38,337 bases of DNA, from the NCBI GenBank assembly GCA_964016885.1, contig CAXHJY010001734.1, forward strand, positions 1 through 38,337, read 5' to 3'. Position 1 is the stretch's first letter; each line of letters starts with the position of its first letter. Position numbers and translations under genes: made by a program. Shown here in pieces: positions 38,331-38,337 of the stretch. The notes beneath the pieces were generated by a model. It saw only the letters and a program-made list of their open reading frames with translations, had not been told where the DNA came from and did no database searches. This stretch comes from Eledone cirrhosa (taxonomy: Eukaryota).

Positions 38331-38337
38331 TTTGGGA

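Larger units (their letters stand above)
36459..38337 (-). mobile_element. CR1-group LINE, rearranged, continuing beyond the right edge
   Basis: ORF 37569-38330 has GPDRFP, NYRPISLTS, QHGFR and DVIYLDFSKAFDRVDH. ORF 36536-37384 has the post-catalytic RT region. An inverted duplication lies between them. Confidence 0.9.

Overview
Animal genomic DNA, probably cephalopod (Octopus-like); this is inferred from the huge interrupted (TA)n arrays and the SINE/LINE families recognised from memory. More than half of the window is interrupted (TA)n microsatellite, and the long Y/I/M/C/H-rich ORFs are artefacts of it. The islands between arrays are almost all retroelements. (1) A 466-bp tandem satellite with an internal inversion, each full unit carrying a minimal type I hammerhead ribozyme (non-LTR retrozyme-like). 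(2) Two Penelope-like element (PLE) remnants with inverted pseudo-LTRs carrying a second, different hammerhead; one retains a decayed RT-C-terminus/GIY-YIG frame. (3) An apparently intact RTE-clade LINE (1181 aa: APE + RT + three C2H2 fingers) plus two ~600-bp non-autonomous elements joining an RTE-like 5' UTR to the RTE 3' end. (4) Two near-identical CR1-group LINE copies in opposite orientation, one with a fold-back replacing the RT catalytic core. (5) Small fold-back elements with co-varying arms, and SINE fragments. No confident host gene was found; there is one weak candidate exon. All ribozyme and structure calls come from manual base-pairing and are untested.
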